Part shown: positions 10,230-23,849 of the stretch, piece by piece
How the letters are laid out: each line of letters opens with the position of its first letter
Numbering within the stretch: position 1 is the stretch's first letter
NCBI GenBank assembly: GCA_964016885.1
Contig: OZ024743.1
Coordinates: 135,780,001 to 135,844,000, forward strand
Direction of reading: 5' to 3'
Length of the DNA stretch: 64,000 nt
DNA from: Eledone cirrhosa
Taxonomy: Eukaryota
Position numbers and translations under genes: made by a program
Notes under the pieces: generated by a model
What the model was told of the DNA's origin: nothing
Seen by the model: the letters and a program-made list of their open reading frames with translations, nothing else
Database searches by the model: none

Positions 10230-13200
10230 GTGCTTGGTGTTTGATGCTTGGTGCTTGGTGCTTGGTGTTTGGTGCTTGGTGCTTGGTGTTTGGTGCTTGG
10301 TGCTTCGTGTTTGGTGCTTGGTGTTTGGTGCTTGGTGCTTGGTGTTTGGTGGTTGGTGCTTGGTGCTTGGTGTTAGGTGTTTGGTGCTTGGTGCTTGGTG
10401 TCTGGTTTTTGGTGCTTGGTGCTTGGTGTTTGGTGCTTGTTGCTGGCTGCTTGGTGTTTGGTGCTTGGTGATTGGTGCTTGGTGTTTGGTGCTTGGTGTT
10501 TGGTGTTTGGTGCTTGGTGTTTGTACTTGGTGTTTGGTGCTTGGTGTTTGGTGCTAGGTGCTTGGTGTTTGGTGCTTGGTGCTTGGTGTTTGGTGCCTGG
10601 TGCTTGGTGTTTGGTGTTTGGTGTTTGGTGTTTGGTGCTTGGTGCTTGGTGTTTGGTGTTTGCTGTTTGCTGTTTGGTGTTTGTTGTTTGGTGTTTGTTG
10701 TTTGGTGTTTGCTGTTTGGTGTTTGGTGTTTGCTTTTTGGTGTTTGGTGTTTGATGTATGTTGTTTGCTGTTTGGTGTTTGGTGTTTGGTGTTTGGTGCT
10801 TGGTGCTTGGTGTTTGGTGCTTGGTGCTTGGTGTTTGGTGCCTGGTGCTTGGTGCATGGTGCTTGGTGTTTGGTGTTTGGTGCTTGGTGCTTGGAGTTTG
10901 GTGTTTGGTGCTTGGTGCTTGGTGTTTCGTGTTTCGTGTTTGGTTTTTGGTGCTTGGTGCTTGGTGCTTGGTCCTTGGTGTTTGGTGCTGGGTGCATTGT
11001 GTTTGGTGCTTGGCGCTTGGTGCTTGGTGCTTGGTGTTTGGTGTTTGCTGCTTGGTGTTTGATGCTTGGTGCTTGGTGCTTGGTGTTTTGCGCTTGGTGC
11101 TTGGTGCTTGGTGTTTGGTGCTTGGTGCTTGGTGCTTGGTGTTTGTACTTGGTGCTTGGTGATTGGTGTTTGGTTCTTGGTTCTTGGTGTTTGGTGTTTG
11201 GCGTTTGGTGTTTGGTGCTTGGTGCTTGGTGTTTGGTGCTTGGTGCTTGGTGTTTGGTGCCTGGTGCTTGGTGCTTGGTGTTTGGTGTTTGGTGCTTGGT
11301 GCTTGGTGCTTGGAGTTTGGTGTTTGGTGCTTGGTGCTTTGTGTTTTGTGTTTGGTGTTTGGTTTTTGGTGCTTGGTGCTTTGTGTTTTGTGTTTGGTGT
11401 TTGGTTTTTGGTGCTTGGTGCTTGGTCCTTGGTGTTTGGTGCTTGGTGCTTGGTGTTTGGTGTTTGCTGCTTGGTGTTTGATGCTTGGTGCTTGGTGCTT
11501 GGTGTTTTGTGTTTGGTGCTTGGTTCTTGGTGTTTGGTGCTTGGTGCTTGGTACTTGGTGTTTGTACTTGGTGCTTGGTGCTTGGTGTTTGGTTCTTGGT
11601 TCTTGGTGTTTGGTACTTGGTGCTTGGTGCTTGATGTTTGGTGTTTGGTGCTTGGTGTTTGGTGCTTGGTGCTTGGTGCTTGGTGTTAGGTGTTTGGTGC
11701 TTGGTCCTTGGTGTTTGGTGCTTGGTGTTTGGTGTTTGCTGTTTGGTGTTTGGTGTTTCGTGTTTGGTGTTAGCTGTTTGGTGTCTGCTTTTTGGTGTTT
11801 AGTGTTTGCTGTATGGTGTTTGGTGTTTGCTGTTTGGTGTTTGGTCTTTGGTGCTTGGTGTTTGGTGCTTGGTGCTTGGTGTTTGGTGTTTGGTGCTTGG
11901 TGCTTGGTGTTTGGTGTTTGGTGCTTGGTGTTTGGTGTTTGGTGCTTGGTGTCTGGTGCTTGGTGTTTGGTTTTTGGTGTTTGGTGTTTAGTGTTTGGTG
12001 CTTGGTGTTTGGTGTTTGGTGTTTGGTGCTTGGTGCTTGGTGTTTGGTGTTTGGTGTTTGGTGCTTGGTGTCTGGTGCTTGGTGTTTGGTGTTTGGTGCT
12101 TGGTGTTTGGTGTTTGGTGTTTGGTGCTTGGTGTCTGGTGCTTGGTGTTTGGTGTTTGGTGCTTGGTGTTTGGTGTTTGGTGTTTGGTGCTTGGTGCTTG
12201 GTGCTTGGTGTTTGGTGTTTGGTGCTTGGTGCTTGGTGTTTGGTGCTTGGTGCTGGGTGGTTGGTGTTTGGTGCTTGGTGTTAGGTGCTGGGTGCTTGGT
12301 GTTTGGTGCTGGGTGCTTGGTATTTGGTGCTTGGTGCTTGGTCTTTGGTGCTTGGTGTTTGGTGCTTGGTGCTTGGTGTTTGGTGCTTGGTGCTTGGTGT
12401 TTGGTGCTTGGTGCTTGGTGTTTGGTTTTTGGTGCTTGGTGCTTGGTGTTTGGTGTTTGGTGCTTGCTGCTGGCTGCTTGGTGTTTGATGCATGGTGATT
12501 GGTGCTTGCTGTTTGGTGCTTGGTGTTTGGTGTTTGATGCTTGGTGCTTGGTGCTTGGTGTTTGGTGCTTGGTGCTTGGTGCTTGGTGTTTGGTGCTTGG
12601 TGTTTGGTGCTTGGTGTTTGGTGCTTGGTGCTTGGTGCTTGGTGCTTGGTGTTTGGTGGTTGGTGCTTGGTGCTTGGTGTTAGGTGTTTGGTGCTTGGTG
12701 CTTGCTGGTTGGTATTTGGTGCTTGGTGTTTGGTGCTGGGTGCTTGGTTTTTGGTGCTGGGTGCTTGGTGTTTGGTGCTTGGTGCTTGTTCTTTGGTGCT
12801 TTGTGTTTGGTGTTTGGTGCTTGGTGCTTGGTGTTTGGTGTTTGGTGCTTGGTGTTTGGTGCTTGGTGCTTGGTGTTTGGTTTTTGGTACTTGGTGTTTG
12901 GTGTTTGGTGTTTGGTGCTTGCTGCTGGCTGCTTGGTGTTTGATGCATGGTGATTTGTGCTTGGTGTTTGGTGCTTGGTGTTTGGTGTTTGATGCTTGGT
13001 GCTTGGTGTTTGGTGTTTGATGCTTGGTGCTTGGTGCTTGGTGTTTGGTGCTTGGTGTTTGGTGTTTGGTGCTTGGTCATTGGTGTTTCTACTTGGTGCT
13101 TGGTGCTTGGTTCTTGGTGTTTGGTGCTTGGTGCTTGGTGTTTGGTGTTATATGCTTGGTGTTTGATGCTTGGTGCTTGGTGCTTGGTGTTTGGTGTTTG

Positions 13201-16200
13201 GTGTTAGATGCTTGGGGCTTGGTGTTTGGTGCTTGGTGCTTGGTGTTTGTACTTGGTGCTTGGTGCTTGGTGCTTGGTGTTTGGTGCTTGGTATTTGGTG
13301 CTTGGTGCTTGGTGCTTGGTCCTTGGTGCTTGGTGTTTGGTGGTTGGTGTTTGGTGGTTGGTGTTAGGTGTTTGGTGCTTGGTGCTTGGTGTTTGGTGTT
13401 TGGTGCTTGGTGTTTGGTGTTTGGTGCTTGGTGTTTGGTGCTTGGTACTTGGTGCTTGGTGCTTGGTGTTAGGTGTTTGGTGCTTGGTGTTTGGTGCTTG
13501 GTGTTTGGTGCTTGGTGCTTGGTGCTTGGTGCTTGGTGTTTGGTGGTTGGTGTTTGGTGCTTGGTGTTTGGTGCTTGGTGTTACGTGTTTGGTGCTTGGT
13601 GCTTGGTGTTTGGTGTTTGGTGCTTGGTGTTTGGTGTTTGGTGCTTGGTGTTTGGTGCTTTTTGCTTGGTGCTTGGTGCTTGGTGTTTGGTGCTGGGTGC
13701 TTGGTGCTTGGTGTTTGGTGTTATATGCTTGGTGTTTGATGCTTGGTGCTTGGTGCTTGGTGTTTGGTGTTTGGTGCTTGGTGTTTGATGCTTGGTGTTT
13801 GGTGCTTGGTGTTTGGTGCTTGGTGCTTGGTGTTTGGTGCTTGGTGCTTGGTGTTTGGTGCTTGGTGTTTGGTGCTTGGTGTTTGGTGCTTGGTGCTTGG
13901 TGCTTGGTGCTTGGTGTTTGGTGTTTGGTGCTTGGTGTTTGGTGCTTGGTACTTGGTGCTTGGTGCTTGGTGTTAGGTGTTTGGTGCTTGGTGCTTGGTG
14001 TCTGGTTTTTGGTGCTTGGTGCTTGGTGTTTGGTGCTTGCTGCTGGCTGCTTGGTGTTTGGTGCTTGGTGATTGGTGCTTGGTGTTTGGTGTTTGGTGCT
14101 AGGTGCTTGGTGTTTGGTGCTTGGTGCTTGGTGTTTGTACTTGGTGCTTGGTGCTTGGTTCTTGGTGTTTGGTGCTTCGTGCTTGGTGTTTGGTGCTTGG
14201 TGCTTGGTGTTTGGTGCTTGGTGTTTGGTGCTTGGTGTTTGGTGCTTGGTGCTTGGTGCTTGGTGTTTGGTGCTTGGTGTTTGGTGCTTGGTGTTAGGTG
14301 TTTGGTGCTTGGTGCTTGGTGTTTGGTGTTTGGTGCTTGGTGTTTGGTGTTTGGTGTTATATGCTTGGTGTTTGATGCTTGGTGCTTGGTGCTTGGTGTT
14401 TGGCGCTTGGTGTTTGATGCTTGGTGCTTGGTGCTTGGTGTTTTGTGCTTGGTGCTTTGTGTTTTTACTTGGTGCTTGGTGCTTGGTTCTTGGTGTTTGG
14501 TGCTTGGTGTTTGGTGTTTGGTGCTTGGTGTTTGGTGTTTGGTGTTATATGCTTGGTGTTTCATGCTTGGTGCTTGGTGCTTGGTGTTTGGTGCTTGGTG
14601 TTTGATGCTTGGTGCTTGGTGCTTGGTGTTTGGTGCTTGGTGCTTGGTGTTTGTACTTGGTGCTTGGTGCTTGGATCTTGGTGTTTGGTACTTGGTGCTT
14701 GGTGTTTGGTGCTTGGTGCTTGGTGTTTGGTGCTTGGTGTTTGGTGCTTGGTGTTTGGTGCTTGGTGCTTGGTGCTTAGTGCTTGGTGTTTGGTGTTTGG
14801 TGTTAGGTGTTTGGTGCTTGGTGCTTGGTGTTTGGTGTTTGGTGCTTGGTGTTTGGTGCTTGGTGTTTGGTGTTAGGTGTTTGGTGCTTGGTGTTTGGTG
14901 TTTGGTGCTTGGTGTTTGGTGCTTGGTGTTTGGTGCTTGATGTTTGGTGCTTGATACTTGGTGCTTGGTGCTTCGTGTTAGGTGTTTGGTGCTTGGTGCT
15001 TGGTGTTTGGTTTTTGGTGCTTGGTGCTTGGTGTTTGGTGTTTGGTGCTTGCTGCTGGCTGCTTGGTGTTTGATGCTTGGTGATTGGTGCTTGGTGTTTT
15101 GTGCTTGGTGTTAGGTGTTTGGTGCTTGGTGCTTGGTGTTTGGTTTTTGGTGCTTGGTGCTAGGTGCTTGGTGTTTGGTGCTTGGTGCTTGGTGCTTGGT
15201 GTTTGGTGTTTGGTTTTAGGTGCTTGGTGCTTGGTGTTTGGTGCTTGGTGCTGGGTGGTTGGTGTTTAGTGCTTGGTGTTTGGTGCTGGGTGCTTGGTGT
15301 TTGGTGCTTGGTGCTTGGTCTTTGGTGCTTGGTGTTTGGTGTTTGGTGCTTGGTGCTTGGTGCTTGGTGTTTGGTGCTTGGTGCTTAGTGTTTGGTGCTT
15401 GGTGCTTAGTGTTTGGTGTTTGGTGCTTGGTGCTTGGTGTTTGGTGCTTAGTGTTTGGTGCTTGGTGCTTGGTGTTTGGTGTTTGCTGTTTGCTGTTTGG
15501 TGTTTGTTGTTTGGTGTTTGTTGTTTGGTGTTTGCTGTTTGGTGTTTGGTGTTTGCTTTTTGGTGTTTGGTGTTTGCTGTATGTTGTTTGGTGTTTGGTG
15601 TTTGGTGTTTGGTGCTTGTTGCTTGGTGTTTGGTGCTTGGTGCTTGGTGTTTGGTGCCTGGTGCTTGGTGCTTGGTGCTTGGTGTTTGGTGTGTGGTGCT
15701 TGGTGCTTGGAGTTTGGTGTTTGGTGCTTGGTGCTTGGTGTTTCGTGTTTCGTGTTTGGTTTTTGGTGCTTGGTGCTTGGTGCTTGGTCCTTGGTGTTTG
15801 GTGCTGGGTGCATTGTGTTTGGTGCTTGGTGCTTGGTGCTTGGTGTTTGGTGTTTGCTGCTTGGTGTTTGATGCTTGGTGCTTGGTGGTTGGTGTTTTGT
15901 GTTTGGTGCTTGGTGCTTGGTGTTTGGTGCTTGGTGCTTGGTGCTTGGTGTTTGGTTCTTGGTTCTTGGTGTTTGGTGTTTGGCGTTTGGTGTTTGGTGG
16001 TTGGTGCTTGGTGTTTGGTGCTTGGTGCTTGGTGTTTGGTGCCTGGTGCGTGGTGCTTGGTGCTTGGTGTTTGGTGTTTGGTGCTTGGTGCTTGGTGCTT
16101 GGAGTTTGGTGTTTGGTGCTTGGTGCTTTGTGTTTTGTGTTTGGTGTTTGGTTTTTGGTGCTTGGTGCTTGGTGTTTGATGCTTGGTGCTTGGTGCTTGG

Positions 16201-19200
16201 TGTTTGGTGCTTGGTGCTTGGTGTTTGGTGCTTGGTGCTTCGTGTTTGGTGCTTGGTGTTTGGTGCTTGGTGCTTGGTGCTTGGTGTTTGGTGCTTGTTG
16301 CTGGCTGCTTGGTGTTTGGTGCTTGGTGATTGGTGCTTGGTGTTTGGTGCTTGGTGTTTGGTGTTTGGTGCTTGGTGTTTGTACTTGGTGTTTGGTGCTT
16401 GGTGTTTGGTGCTAGGTGCTTGGTGTTTGGTGCTTGGTGCTTGGTGTTTGGTGCCTGGTGCTTGGTGTTTGGTGTTTGGTGTTTGGTGTTTGGTGCTTGG
16501 TGCTTGGTGTTTGGTGTTTGCTGTTTGCTGTTTGGTGTTTGTTGTTTGGTGTTTGTTGTTTGGTGTTTGCTGTTTGGTGTTTGGTGTTTGCTTTTTGGTG
16601 TTTGGTGTTTGATGTATGTTGTTTGCTGTTTGGTGTTTGGTGTTTGGTGTTTGGTGCTTGGTGCTTGGTGTTTGGTGCTTGGTGCTTGGTGTTTGGTGCC
16701 TGGTGCTTGGTGCATGGTGCTTGGTGTTTGGTGTTTGGTGCTTGGTGCTTGGAGTTTGGTGTTTGGTGCTTGGTGCTTGGTGTTTCGTGTTTCGTGTTTG
16801 GTTTTTGGTGCTTGGTGCTTGGTGCTTGGTCCTTGGTGTTTGGTGCTGGGTGCATTGTGTTTGGTGCTTGGCGCTTGGTGCTTGGTGCTTGGTGTTTGGT
16901 TTTTTTCTGCTTGGTGTTTGATGCTTGGTGCTTGGTGCTTGGTGTTTTGCGCTTGGTGCTTGGTGCTTGGTGTTTGGTGCTTGGTGCTTGGTGCTTGGTG
17001 TTTGTACTTGGTGCTTGGTGATTGGTGTTTGGTTCTTGGTTCTTGGTGTTTGGTGTTTGGCGTTTGGTGTTTGGTGCTTGGTGCTTGGTGTTTGGTGCTT
17101 GGTGCTTGGTGTTTGGTGCCTGGTGCTTGGTGCTTGGTGTTTGGTGTTTGGTGCTTGGTGCTTGGTGCTTGGAGTTTGGTGTTTGGTGCTTGGTGCTTTG
17201 TGTTTTGTGTTTGGTGTTTGGTTTTTGGTGCTTGGTGCTTGGTCCTTGGTGTTTGGTGCTGGGTGCTTTGTGTTTGGTGCTTGGTGCTTGGTGTTTGGTG
17301 TTTGCTGCTTGGTGTTTGATGCTTGGTGCTTGGTGCTTGGTGTTTTGTGTTTGGTGCTTGGTTCTTGGTGTTTGGTGCTTGGTGCTTGGTACTTGGTGTT
17401 TGTACTTGGTGCTTGGTGCTTGGTGTTTGGTTCTTGGTTCTTGGTGTTTGGTACTTGGTGCTTGGTGCTTGATGTTTGGTGTTTGGTGCTTGGTGTTTGG
17501 TGCTTGGTGCTTGGTGCTTGGTGTTAGGTGTTTGGTGCTTGGTCCTTGGTGTTTGGTGCTTGGTGTTTGGTGTTTGCTGTTTGGTGTTTGGTGTTTCGTG
17601 TTTGGTGTTAGCTGTTTGGTGTCTGCTTTTTGGTGTTTAGTGTTTGCTGTATGGTGTTTGGTGTTTGCTGTTTGGTGTTTGGTCTTTGGTGCTTGGTGTT
17701 TGGTGCTTGGTGCTTGGTGTTTGGTGTTTGGTGCTTGGTGCTTGGTGTTTGGTGTTTGGTGCTTGGTGTTTGGTGTTTGGTGCTTGGTGTCTGGTGCTTG
17801 GTGTTTGGTTTTTGGTGTTTGGTGTTTAGTGTTTGGTGCTTGGTGTTTGGTGTTTGGTGTTTGGTGCTTGGTGCTTGGTGTTTGGTGTTTGGTGTTTGGT
17901 GCTTGGTGTCTGGTGCTTGGTGTTTGGTGTTTGGTGCTTGGTGTTTGGTGTTTGGTGTTTGGTGCTTGGTGTCTGGTGCTTGGTGTTTGGTGTTTGGTGC
18001 TTGGTGTTTGGTGTTTGGTGTTTGGTGCTTAGTGCTTGGTGCTTGGTGTTTGGTGTTTGGTGCTTGGTGCTTGGTGTTTGGTGCTTGGTGCTGGGTGGTT
18101 GGTGTTTGGTGCTTGGTGTTAGGTGCTGGGTGCTTGGTGTTTGGTGCTGGGTGCTTGGTATTTGGTGCTTGGTGCTTGGTCTTTGGTGCTTGGTGTTTGG
18201 TGCTTGGTGCTTGGTGTTTGGTGCTTGGTGCTTGGTGTTTGGTGCTTGGTGCTTGGTGTTTGGTTTTTGGTGCTTGGTGCTTGGTGTTTGGTGTTTGGTG
18301 CTTGCTGCTGGCTGCTTGGTGTTTGATGCATGGTGATTGGTGCTTGCTGTTTGGTGCTTGGTGTTTGGTGTTTGATGCTTGGTGCTTGGTGCTTGGTGTT
18401 TGGTGCTTGGTGCTTGGTGCTTGGTGTTTGGTGCTTGGTGTTTGGTGCTTGGTGTTTGGTGCTTGGTGCTTGGTGCTTGGTGCTTGGTGTTTGGTGGTTG
18501 GTGCTTGGTGCTTGGTGTTAGGTGTTTGGTGCTTGGTGCTTGCTGGTTGGTATTTGGTGCTTGGTGTTTGGTGCTGGGTGCTTGGTTTTTGGTGCTGGGT
18601 GCTTGGTGTTTGGTGCTTGGTGCTTGTTCTTTGGTGCTTTGTGTTTGGTGTTTGGTGCTTGGTGCTTGGTGTTTGGTGTTTGGTGCTTGGTGTTTGGTGC
18701 TTGGTGCTTGGTGTTTGGTTTTTGGTGCTTGGTGTTTGGTGTTTGGTGTTTGGTGCTTGCTGCTGGCTGCTTGGTGTTTGATGCATGGTGATTTGTGCTT
18801 GGTGTTTGGTGCTTGGTGTTTGGTGTTTGATGCTTGGTGCTTGGTGTTTGGTGTTTGATGCTTGGTGCTTGGTGCTTGGTGTTTGGTGCTTGGTGTTTGG
18901 TGTTTGGTGCTTGGTCATTGGTGTTTCTACTTGGTGCTTGGTGCTTGGTTCTTGGTGTTTGGTGCTTGGTGCTTGGTGTTTGGTGTTATATGCTTGGTGT
19001 TTGATGCTTGGTGCTTGGTGCTTGGTGTTTGGTGTTTGGTGTTAGATGCTTGGGGCTTGGTGTTTGGTGCTTGGTGCTTGGTGTTTGTACTTGGTGCTTG
19101 GTGCTTGGTGCTTGGTGTTTGGTGCTTGATATTTGGTGCTTGGTGCTTGGTGCTTGGTCCTTGGTGCTTGGTGTTTGGTGGTTGGTGTTTGGTGGTTGGT

Positions 19201-22000
19201 GTTAGGTGTTTGGTGCTTGGTGCTTGGTGTTTGGTGTTTGGTGCTTGGTGTTTGGTGTTTGGTGCTTGGTGTTTGGTGCTTGGTACTTGGTGCTTTGTGC
19301 TTGGTGTTAGGTGTTTGGTGCTTGGTGTTTGGTGCTTGGTGTTTGGTGCTTGGTGCTTGGTGCTTGGTGCTTGGTGTTTGGTGGTTGGTGTTTGGTGCTT
19401 GGTGTTTGGTGCTTGGTGTTACGTGTTTGGTGCTTGGTGCTTGGTGTTTGGTGTTTGGTGCTTGGTGTTTGGTGTTTGGTGCTTGGTGTTTGGTGCTTTT
19501 TGCTTGGTGCTTGGTGCTTGGTGTTTGGTGCTGGGTGCTTGGTGCTTGGTGTTTGGTGTTATATGCTTGGTGTTTGATGCTTGGTGCTTGGTGCTTGGTG
19601 TTTGGTGTTTGGTGCTTGGTGTTTGATGCTTGGTGTTTGGTGCTTGGTGTTTGGTGCTTGGTGCTTGGTGTTTGGTGCTTGGTGCTTGGTGTTTGGTGCT
19701 TGGTGTTTGGTGCTTGGTGCTTGGTGCTTGGTGCTTGGTGCTTGGTGCTTGGTGTTTGGTGTTTGGTGCTTGGTGTTTGGTGCTTGGTACTTGGTGCTTG
19801 GTGCTTGGTGTTAGGTGTTTGGTGCTTGGTGCTTGGTGTCTGGTTTTTGGTGCTTGGTGCTTGGTGTTTGGTGCTTGCTGCTGGCTGCTTGGTGTTTGGT
19901 GCTTGGTGATTGGTGCTTGGTGTTTGGTGTTTGGTGCTAGGTGCTTGGTGTTTGGTGCTTGGTGCTTGGTGTTTGTACTTGGTGCTTGGTGCTTGGTTCT
20001 TGGTGTTTGGTGCTTCGTGCTTGGTGTTTGGTGCTTGGTGCTTGGTGTTTGGTGCTTGGTGTTTGGTGCTTGGTGTTTGGTGCTTGGTGCTTGGTGCTTG
20101 GTGTTTGGTGCTTGGTGTTTGGTGCTTGGTGTTAGGTGTTTGGTGCTTGGTGCTTGGTGTTTGGTGTTTGGTGCTTGGTGTTTGGTGTTTGGTGTTATAT
20201 GCTTGGTGTTTGATGCTTGGTGCTTGGTGCTTGGTGTTTGGCGCTTGGTGTTTGATGCTTGGTGCTTGGTGCTTGGTGTTTGGTGCTTGGTGCTTTGTGT
20301 TTGTACTTGGTGCTTGGTGCTTGGTTCTTGGTGTTTGGTGCTTGGTGTTTGGTGTTTGGTGCTTGGTGTTTGGTGTTTGGTGTTATATGCTTGGTGTTTG
20401 ATGCTTGGTGCTTGGTCCTTGGTGTTTGGTGCTTGGTGTTTGATGCTTGGTGCTTGGTGCTTGGTGTTTGGTGCTTGGTGCTTGGTGTTTGTACTTGGTG
20501 CTTGGTGCTTGGTTCTTGGTGTTTGGTACTTGGTGCTTGGTGTTTGGTGCTTGGTGCTTGGTGTTTGGTGCTTGGTGTTTGGTGCTTGGTGTTTGGTGCT
20601 TGGTGCTTGGTGCTTAGTGCTTGGTGTTTGGTGTTTGGTGTTAGGTGTTTGGTGCTTGGTGCTTGGTGTTTGGTGTTTGGTGCTTGGTGTTTGGTGCTTG
20701 GTGTTTGGTGTTAGGTGTTTGGTGCTTGGTGTTTGGTGTTTGGTGCTTGGTGTTTGGTGCTTGGTGTTTGGTGCTTGATGTTTGGTGCTTGATACTTGGT
20801 GCTTGGTGCTTCGTGTTAGGTGTTTGGTGCTTGGTGCTTGGTGTTTGGTTTTTGGTGCTTGGTGCTTGGTGTTTGGTGTTTGGTGCTTGCTGCTGGCTGC
20901 TTGGTGTTTGATGCTTGGTGATTGGTGCTTGGTGTTTTGTGCTTGGTGTTAGGTGTTTGGTGCTTGGTGCTTGGTGTTTGGTTTTTGGTGCTTGGTGCTA
21001 GGTGCTTGGTGTTTGGTGCTTGGTGCTTGGTGCTTGGTGTTTGGTGTTTGGTTTTAGGTGCTTGGTGCTTGGTGTTTGGTGCTTGGTGCTGGGTGGTTGG
21101 TGTTTAGTGCTTGGTGTTTGGTGCTGGGTGCTTGGTGTTTGGTGCTTGGTGCTTGGTCTTTGGTGCTTGGTGTTTGGTGTTTGGTGCTTGGTGCTTGGTG
21201 CTTGGTGTTTGGTGCTTGGTGCTTAGTGTTTGGTGCTTGGTGCTTAGTGTTTGGTGTTTGGTGCTTGGTGCTTGGTGTTTGGTGCTTAGTGTTTGGTGCT
21301 TGGTGCTTGGTGTTTGGTGTTTGCTGTTTGCTGTTTGGTGTTTTATTGTTTGGTGTTTGTTGTTTGGTGTTTGCTGTTTGGTGTTTGGTGTTTGCTTTTT
21401 GGTGTTTGATGTTTGATGTATGTTGTTTGGTGTTTGGTGTTTGGTGCTTGTTGCTTGGTGTTTGGTGCTTGGTGCTTGGTGTTTGGTGCCTGGTGCTTGG
21501 TGCTTGGTGCTTGGTGTTTGGTGTGTGGTGCTTGGTGCTTGGAGTTTGGTGTTTGGTGCTTGGTGGTTGGTGTTTCGTGTTTCGTGTTTGGTTTTTGGTG
21601 CTTGGTGCTTGGTGCTTGGTCCTTGGTGTTTGGTGCTGGGTGCATTGTGTTTGGTGCTTGGTGCTTGGTGCTTGGTGTTTGGTGTTTGCTGCTTGGTGTT
21701 TGATGCTTGGTGCTTGGTGGTTGGTGTTTTGTGTTTGGTGCTTGGTGCTTGGTGTTTGGTGCTTGGTGCTTGGTGCTTGGTGTTTGGTTCTTGGTTCTTG
21801 GTGTTTGGTGTTTGGCGTTTGGTGTTTGGTGGTTGGTGCTTGGTGTTTGGTGCTTGGTGCTTGGTGTTTGGTGCCTGGTGCGTGGTGCTTGGTGCTTGGT
21901 GTTTGGTGTTTGGTGCTTGGTGCTTGGTGCTTGGAGTTTGGTGTTTGGTGCTTGGTGCTTTGTGTTTTGTGTTTGGTGTTTGGTTTTTGGTGCTTGGTGC
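10230..22000. repeat. Tandem duplication of about 5.84-5.9 kb (about 10230-16170 and 16170-22000)
   Basis: Offset 5838 for ORF pairs 11770/17608, 11792/17630, 13024/18862, 14807/20645, 15164/21002; offset 5858 for 10554/16412. Shared private variants GGTCATT-GGTGTTT-CTACTT, GTTAGATGC and GATACTT. Confidence 0.93.
14300..14680. repeat. 188-bp (27 monomers minus 1 nt) local duplication; propagated to about 20.2, 27.3, 31.4, 35.6, 39.7, 46.5 and 51.4 kb
   Basis: The TTATATGC landmark occurs in pairs 188 bp apart (14357/14545, 27304/27492, 31429/31617), each unit containing one 6-bp monomer. Confidence 0.85.
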
Positions 22001-23849
22001 TTGGTCATTGGTGTTTGGTGCTGGGTGCTTTGTGTTTTGTGCTTGGTGCTTGGTGTTTGGTGTTTGCTGCTTGGTGTTTGATGCTTGGTGCTTGGTGCTT
22101 GGTGTTTTGTGTTTGGTGCTTGGTTCTTGGTGTTTGGTGCTTGGTGCTTGGTACTTGGTGTTTGTACTTGGTGCTTGGTGCTTGGTGTTTGGTTCTTGGT
22201 TCTTGGTGTTTGGTACTTGGTGCTTGGTGCTTGATGTTTGGTGTTTGGTGCTTGGTGTTTGGTGCTTGGTACTTGGTGCTTGGTGCTTGGTGTTAGGTGT
22301 TTGGTGCTTGGTGCTTGGTGTTTGGTTTTTGGTGCTTGGTGCTTGGTGTTTGGTGTTTGGTGCTTGCTGCTGGCTGCTTGGTGTTTGATGCTTGGTGATT
22401 GGTGCTTGGTGTTTTGTGCTTGGTGTTTGGTGTTTGGTGCTAGGTGCTTGGTGTTTGGGGCTTGGTGCTTGGTGCTTGGTGTTTGGTGTTTGGTGTTAGG
22501 TGCTTGATGCTTGGTGTTTGGTGCTTGGTGCTGAGTGGTTGGTGTTTAGTGCTTGGTGTTTGGTGCTTGGTGCTTGGTGCTTGGTCCTTGGTGTTTGGTG
22601 CTGGGTGCTTGGTGTTTGGTGCTTGGTGCTTGGTGCTTGGTGCTTTGTGTTTGGTGCTTGGTGCTTGGTGTTTGGTGCTTGGTGCTTGGTGTTTGGTGCT
22701 TGGTGCTTGGTGTTTGTTTTTTGGTGCTTGGTGTTTGGTGTTTGGTGTTTGGTGCCTGCTGCTGGCTGCTTGGTGTTTGATGCATGGTGATTTGTGCTTG
22801 GTGTTTGGTGCTTGGTGTTTGGTGCTTGATGCTTGGTGCTTGGTGTTTGGTGTTTGATGCTTGGTGCTTGGTGCTTGGTGCTTGGTGCTTGGTGCTTGGT
22901 GTTTGGTGCTTGGTGTTTGGTGTTTGGTGCTTGGTGATTGGTGTTTCTACTTGGTGCTTGGTGCTTGGTTCTTGGTATTTGGTGCTTGGTGCTTGGTGTT
23001 TGTACTTGGTGCTTGGTGCTTGGTGCTTGGTGTTTGGTGCTTGGTATTTGGTGCTTGGTGCTTGGTGCTTGGTCCTTGGTGCTTGGTGTTTGGTGGTTGG
23101 TGTTTGGTGGTTGGTGTTAGGTGTTTGGTGCTTGGTGCTTGGTGTTTGGTGTTTGGTGCTTGGTGTTTGGTGTTTGGTGCTTGGTGTTTGGTGCTTGGTA
23201 CTTGGTACTTGGTGCTTGGTGTTAGGTGTTTGGTGCTTGGTGTTTGGTGCTTGGTGTTTGGTGGTTGGTGTTTGGTGCTTGGTGTTTGGTGCTTGGTGTT
23301 ACGTGTTTGGTGCTTGGTGCTTGGTGTTTGGTGTTTGGTGCTTGGTGTTTGGTGTTTGGTGCTTGGTGTTTGGTGCTTTTTGCTTGGTGCTTGGTGCTTG
23401 GTGTTTGGTGCTGGGTGCTTGGTGCTTGTTGTTTGGTGTTATATGCTTGGTGTTTGATGCTTGATGCTTGTTGCTTGGTGTTTGGTGTTTGGTGCTTGGT
23501 GTTTGATGCTTGGTGCTTGGTGCTTGGTGTTTGGTGTTTGGTGCTGGGTGTTTGGTGCTTGGTGCTTGGTGTTTGGTGCTTGGTGTTTGGTGCTTGGTGT
23601 TTGGTGCTTGGTGCTTGGTGCTTGGTGCTTGGTGTTTGGTGTTTGGTGCTTGGTGTTTGGTGCTTGGTACTTGGTGCTTGGTGCTTGGTGTTAGGTGTTT
23701 GGTACTTGGTGCTTGGTGTCTGGTTTTTGGTGCTTGGTGCTTGGTGTTTGGTGCTTGCTGCTGGCTGCCTGGTGTTTGGTGCTTGGTGATTGGTGCTTGG
23801 TGTTTGGTGTTTGGTGCTAGGTGCTTGGTGTTTGGTGCTTGGTGCTTGG

